Assembly: GCF_001194135.2 (NCBI RefSeq)
Contig: NC_068983.1
Location: forward strand, 19,773,011-19,814,047
Direction of reading: 5' to 3'
Length of the DNA: 41,037 bases
From: Octopus bimaculoides
Lineage: Eukaryota
The translations under genes and the position numbers were made by a program. The notes under the pieces were generated by a model. It was not told where the DNA came from. It made no database searches and worked only from the letters and a program-made list of their open reading frames with translations. This document shows, one piece after another, positions 35,285-41,037 of this stretch. Each line of letters starts with the position of its first letter. Position 1 is the stretch's first letter.

Positions 35285-37571
35285 AATAATAAGGGTAGAA
35301 ATTGATATTAATCAATTAAAACCAGCGGCTTAGCATATTTAAAAAATCCGAAGATTAAAAATTGTTTTACATACAAAATTAAGAGGAATGAGGACTAAAG
35401 TGGACAACTAATATGCTAAAGATAGACGTTAAATCGCCATTACCACGAGGAAGAAAAATCTCAGCAAAATGCCAAAATGTCAAAAATGATCTTGACAAAA
35501 GAAAATATACGAAATAAAACGATTACCTACGTACAATGATTTCACTTGCTAATATTTACGTATGTAAATACGCAAACATCTGCAAGATCGTCAGCGTAGT
35601 CTGTCGATCACAAAACTCAATTTCCAGAACTAGATACAGAACGCTCAATATAATTAGGGTATGTATAAAGTTCTACAAATTATATTTGGGTGTATTTTTT
35701 CAAATGTCTTCACTTTGGCGCGCTGAGGACGGAAATAACTCAGCAGTTAATAAATTGCAGCAACCAATTTACCGGTTATATATATATATATATATATAAA
35801 CATAATTAAGGGATCAGCAAGCATTTGCTTTTTTATACATNNNNNNNNNNACGCACACACACAGAAACCCTAATAAAAGGAAATCAAATCACTCTTTTAG
35901 TTATATTTTGAGCGTCAGATGATATCTTTCTATGTAAATTGGAAAATACAATGCTTGGCAAGACATTACAGCATCAATAACTAGCCTTGTCAAGTTTGGT
36001 AGCTCTCTCACTAACCTCTAATATCAATCAGAATTAATCTAATCAGAATGACAGAATTTCACTATTTTAACACACTTTAAACCGATTATATATCCAAATG
36101 AGTTATATTTCATCAAAAACACATGCGTTCATATTTAGTAGACCTGGGCATTTGAAGTGGTGAAAGAGAACTACACCGATGGAACAAATTCACCGAAACA
36201 CATTTGATTCAGTCATGTAGTCGGATCGGTAAAGATGTAGTAAACACATTCATCGCTATATAGCAGCAGCAGCATTTATATAATGTATCTTTTAATACCG
36301 TAGAACCATTTTAATTTTCTCATCCGTTATTGAAATTATAATTCACTGTATCAAATTATTCAGGTAATTACTTATCATTGGTACTGTACCTACCAAATAC
36401 ATTTTCTTTCAGCATTTATAATATTCACTTCACATTCCGAATGAATATTTTATGCTGCAGTAGCTTCCACTTTAATTCAATACATATATATCTTAATGTG
36501 TTTCTGAAGTCATACTTAAATAATGTTTAGCTATTTGCATTTATGTTTTTTGAGCATGCTCATTTTTTTTTTTTATAATCGTTGTATATTTTGAAATAAG
36601 CTGATTATTTTATGCTTATGTATTTCCATGTGTATGCTGGTTGTTGCAAAGTCACTGAGAGTGTTACTATATGTGTAGCAATATGTTTGTATAAGTATAT
36701 ATATTAGAATTCTGATTTATTTAAAGATATTCAGACATACGACATACCATACACACATACATGCAAGCACACAAATGCATATAGAGAAACGTACGAGTGT
36801 ATGCACATGGACAGAAATAGGAGATTTTCCTCCCAATGTCGTTACGAATATGACAAATAAATGTGACTGTTGCTCGCGCAACACGTTTTTCAGCTGCTCC
36901 TCTCTTACACCGAGATACTATACTGGTTCAAGCTAAGGAAGTCCCTACGCGTGATGCTTGACTGGCTGGTTGACACACAGTACTGTCTACGAGCAGGGAA
37001 TTACAGTTTCCGAACAGTATGTCAAGTGAAATGTAATGTGAGTCAGGGAAGAATTCTGAAAATTAACTTTTTGTGTACCTTGTGATCGAGGTTTATCAAT
37101 ATGCATTTTCCAGACGTTACTGGTACTGAATTTGTGTATGAAGCTGTACAAAAAGACACAAGCTAAATTGTTCTAATTGCCACAGCATGGAGCAGAAAGA
37201 AAGCAACCTAATGTAGGATGCATCAATGAAATCTAACATAATGTGTAAGCAAATTTATTTCCGAATCATGACAGGAAGGTTTCTCTTTTGGTACGGACAT
37301 ATCATTTTGGCGTATATATACACACACGCGTGCGCACACACAGCCGCACACATATAAACATCAACACACACACACACGCACACATAAGGGACGTAGAAAC
37401 AAAACACAAGCACTCTCATACACGTACAAAACACGGACAGGATCACATATCTACTTGTTGCATATTATGCAATGAGTAAACGTTATCTGAAACAGGAAAA
37501 TACGAAATGTAGAATGTAATGAACAACTGTTTCTGTATGCGTGTGCGTGTATACACACACACACATATATG

Positions 37572-37622
<51 letters not shown>

Positions 37623-38292
37623 NNNNNNNNNNNNNNNNNNNNNNNNNNNNNNNNNNNNNNNNNNNNNNNNNNNNNNNNNNNNNNNNNNNNNNNNNNNNNN
37701 NNNNNNNNNNNNNNNNNNNNNNNNNNNNNNNNNNNNNNNNNNNNNNNNNNNNNNNNNNNNNNNNNNNNNNNNNNNNNNNNNNNNNNNNNNNNNNNNNNNN
37801 NNNNNNNNNNNNNNNNNNNNNNNNNNNNNNNNNNNNNNNNNNNNNNNNNNNNNNNNNNNNNNNNNNNNNNNNNNNNNNNNNNNNNNNNNNNNNNNNNNNN
37901 NNNNNNNNNNNNNNNNNNNNNNNNNNNNNNNNNNNNNNNNNNNNNNNNNNNNNNNNNNNNNNNNNNNNNNNNNNNNNNNNNNNNNNNNNNNNNNNNNNNN
38001 NNNNNNNNNNNNNNNNNNNNNNNNNNNNNNNNNNNNNNNNNNNNNNNNNNNNNNNNNNNNNNNNNNNNNNNNNNNNNNNNNNNNNNNNNNNNNNNNNNNN
38101 NNNNNNNNNNNNNNNNNNNNNNNNNNNNNNNNNNNNNNNNNNNNNNNNNNNNNNNNNNNNNNNNNNNNNNNNNNNNNNNNNNNNTATATATATATGTATA
38201 ATCATATGTGTGCGCGCGGGCGAGGTGGTATACAGTCAACAGATGTGATCCAGAGATTCTCAGTACAGAAGAAACTTATTTGTGTTCAGATG

Positions 38293-38428
38293 GTTCAAGC
38301 TTAGACTCAGATGTCTTTACAGCGGATCAATTCTACAGGGTAAAATTGCCTCCTTAACCCCTCAACATGATCGTTCTTATAACCGTGCAATCCATCTTCT
38401 GTAAAGACATCGGAATGTAAGCTTGAAC
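38293..38428. repeat. Imperfect inverted repeat (35-bp arms, ~66-nt spacer)
   Basis: GTTCAAGCTTAGACTCAGATGTCTTTACAGCGGAT versus the reverse complement of 38394-38428, GTTCAAGCTTACATTCCGATGTCTTTACAGAAGAT: 30/35 identical. Confidence 0.8.
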
Positions 38429-38799
38429 TATTTCAGCACTATGTATGTCCGTGTATATATGGAAGTGTATATGCACGTGTATGCATATATATATATATAT
38501 AAAATAATTTATTACTAGTGGTTAGCATGTATAAATAAAAGTAATAAGACATAACATATTTTTTTTTAAATATAAGGGTGTATAAGATATTTTTATACAC
38601 AAAGAGGAGACCATTGACCGGAGTCTTTACATGATANNNNNNNNNNNNNNNNNNNNNNNNNNNNNNNNNNNNNNNNNNNNNNNNNNNNNNNNNNNNNNNN
38701 NNNNNNNNNNNAAAACCCAAGCCAGGAAAGGGTGAATTCATGATGTACGCCAATTGTAAGACTAGAACGAACGGAAAAATGAATGACTTAATTCATATA

Positions 38800-38946
<147 letters not shown>

Positions 38947-40197
38947 TAAGTTTCTGCAATTGTATAGTATCACTTATTACATTTATGTAAGTTATCTAGT
39001 TTTCTGCAAATGAAAGAACAAAATTCGTGTTTGAAGGTATTGCGCAATATCATCAGTGTTGAATTAACATCACACACCACATTTTCAACGCTAAGTGCAT
39101 GCGTTAGGTCACTGTCTGGCCACTGTCAGATTCAATTGTTTTCGCTTGTATTCTACTGGTAACTGATAAGCGATGTTCATACATGTCTTTATAATATTTA
39201 CAAAATTATCTTTCCATCTCTTCTGGCAGAAACACTAAATATACTTTTATTATTTTTTTTCTGCTATTTGCCTTCGTACATTTAATTTCTGTGTATATAT
39301 CGATAATGATTGCAATAGTCATATAGAAGATTCAATTCAGTTGCCTATATACCCATGAAGTCAAACACTTATATAGTCGTCGTTAGATTCGCACTATGTT
39401 GTTGATAATGATATTTGTAAACTTTGCCTATATATTTGTAATTTAAGTTGCTCGGCATATGTAGAAGAATTTTAGTGACCGTATGAAAGAAAAAAAATAG
39501 GGATGGTTTGTTGCCTAAATTATGCCCCCCCCCCCCATCGTAGGCTCCAACTGGTTGAGTTGGATAACCGTTCCCTATAAATATCCACAACTACATGTAG
39601 GGGCTTGAAGTATTGACTTAGTTGTGACACAAATCGTATGAACAACTGTTTCATGAATTCTTATGACTAGGCGCATGTGTAAGGAATGCTCTTTTTCCAG
39701 CTCATTTTAGGATAGTCAGCACAGAAATAATGCGATACAAAACTAACACTTACAAAAACACAAAAATATAAACTTCGACATTTGCAGAGACAACAAAGTA
39801 GAAAACGTACTGATATATGGTTAGAATAATATAAAATGTGTGCATGTATTCTCTTGTGTGTGTGTTTATGACATGGTTTGCCTGGTCCACGGTTTGTAAG
39901 TTTCGATGTTAAATTATACAGAAATTATGACTTATCTCGCCAGCTGTCTCAGGAAACAGTGTTATGTAATGACCATAATTTACACGTGACATAAGCATAA
40001 CGTCATTGGTACGTCACCGATGATCAGTCAAATATTTATTTCTTATCTAATTTCATTTAACATATGAAGTAAGGTAAATGGGACTCTAAACGAATGCTCA
40101 TTATACGATTTTAATACTTACTTTCGGGATATGTATGTCGTTCCATCATTAAATTAAAAGGGTATCCATTCTTTGTACAGGCGCACTGGTTTTTGAG

Positions 40198-40314
40198 AAA
40201 AGGATTAAAAACAACAGCTATCCCTGTGAAATTTGAACTCAGGGTGTAGAGACGGACGAAATGCAGGTAAGGACTTTGGTGGGCGTGCTAACGATTATGT
40301 CAGCACACAGTCTT
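40198..40314 (-). mobile_element. Degenerate SINE fragment (family of 4321-4537)
   Basis: Plus strand TTTGAACTCAG...AGACGGACGAAAT...CGTGCTAACGATT.TG.CAGC aligns with 4455-4530. Confidence 0.65.
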
Positions 40315-40624
40315 TCGCTATTCTATAATAACAATATTTATTATGTTAAGAAAGCTGATTCCTTTACATAAGAAAAGTAACGCACTAATCAACAACAAAA
40401 TGGTATTGGTTCAACAGATAATATAAAAAAATTCTATACAAGAGGCAAAAGAGGTACACATAGAACCGAACAAAAATAAATCCCAATTAGAGCGCTTGCG
40501 CGACTTTCTGTAAATTCGAAAGACAACCACACATAAGTACTAACGATATAGCAACAAACAGAAAATGTTGCACTATTTTAAACAGAAAATAAAAGTATGT
40601 AAACATTACAATAGGATATAATAT

Positions 40625-40730
40625 GTCTTTACGTTCTGATTTCGAATTCTGCCGACTTTGCAATTTATCAATTGAATCGATAAAGTGCCAGTTGAATACT
40701 GGAGTCGATGCAATCCACTTCTGCCTCCCA
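40625..40730 (+). mobile_element. Degenerate SINE fragment (family of 4321-4537), opposite orientation
   Basis: GTCTTTACGTTCTGATTTCGAATTCTGCCGACTTTGC...TCGATAAA...CCAGTTG.ATACTGG.GTCGAT matches the minus-strand reading of the 4.4 kb SINE. Confidence 0.65.
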
Positions 40731-41037
40731 CACTTAAAATACTTAAAATAGCTGCCTTGTGCCAAAATATCAAATAAATATTCCAGTAGGATTTGCAAAG
40801 ACCATACACACACGTATTTATATATACAGACATATGCATGTGTGTGTGTGTGTGTATGTGTGTGTGTGTGTATGTGTGTGTGTGTGTATGTGTGTGTGTG
40901 CATGTTTGATAATTATATCCGTTAAGATATTTCGATTTGAGCGACGATACGTGGAACGAATCAAGTGTGTAAACCAACGGAGCGCCGCGAACAACCACAC
41001 TCATGTATGTATATACATATGTATGTATATATATATA

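Noticed and set aside
36886-37017. Open plus-strand pseudo-exon (LLLSYTEILYWFKLRK...) and an overlapping minus-strand candidate
   Set aside because: Mutually exclusive, no recognisable homology, no way to choose without RNA data.
39500-39560. GAYDG word resembling the Penelope RT motif
   Set aside because: Overlaps a poly-G run and lacks the flanking FDV and CELVGL residues.

Overview
Eukaryotic, AT-rich, microsatellite-dense draft-assembly DNA with 13 N-gaps, most flanked by (TA)n. The SINE and Penelope-type repeats resemble ones I recall from cephalopod (Octopus) genomes; this taxonomic call is from memory and needs a Dfam/BLAST check. There is no intact gene and no recognisable host protein, and most ORF-track entries are microsatellite or gap artefacts. 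The window holds decayed mobile elements: a Hsmar1-like mariner fragment (1.2-1.7 kb), several tRNA-derived SINE copies, a CR1/L2/Jockey-type RT fragment (~14 kb), a Penelope-like element with GIY-YIG endonuclease (18 kb), an R4/Dong LINE 3' end (24.3-25.3 kb) and a Tx1/L1-clade 3' end directly next to it (25.3-26.8 kb). The best second-look items are two minimal type I hammerhead ribozyme motifs (19937-19973 minus; 33998-34046 plus), a ~95-bp degenerate tandem array with hammerhead-core-like words, two ~135-nt fold-back hairpins and an isolated tRNA-Lys-like cloverleaf. An Illumina adapter is assembled into the scaffold. I found no evidence for a wholly new biological system; the ribozyme-like and structured repeats are the closest candidates.
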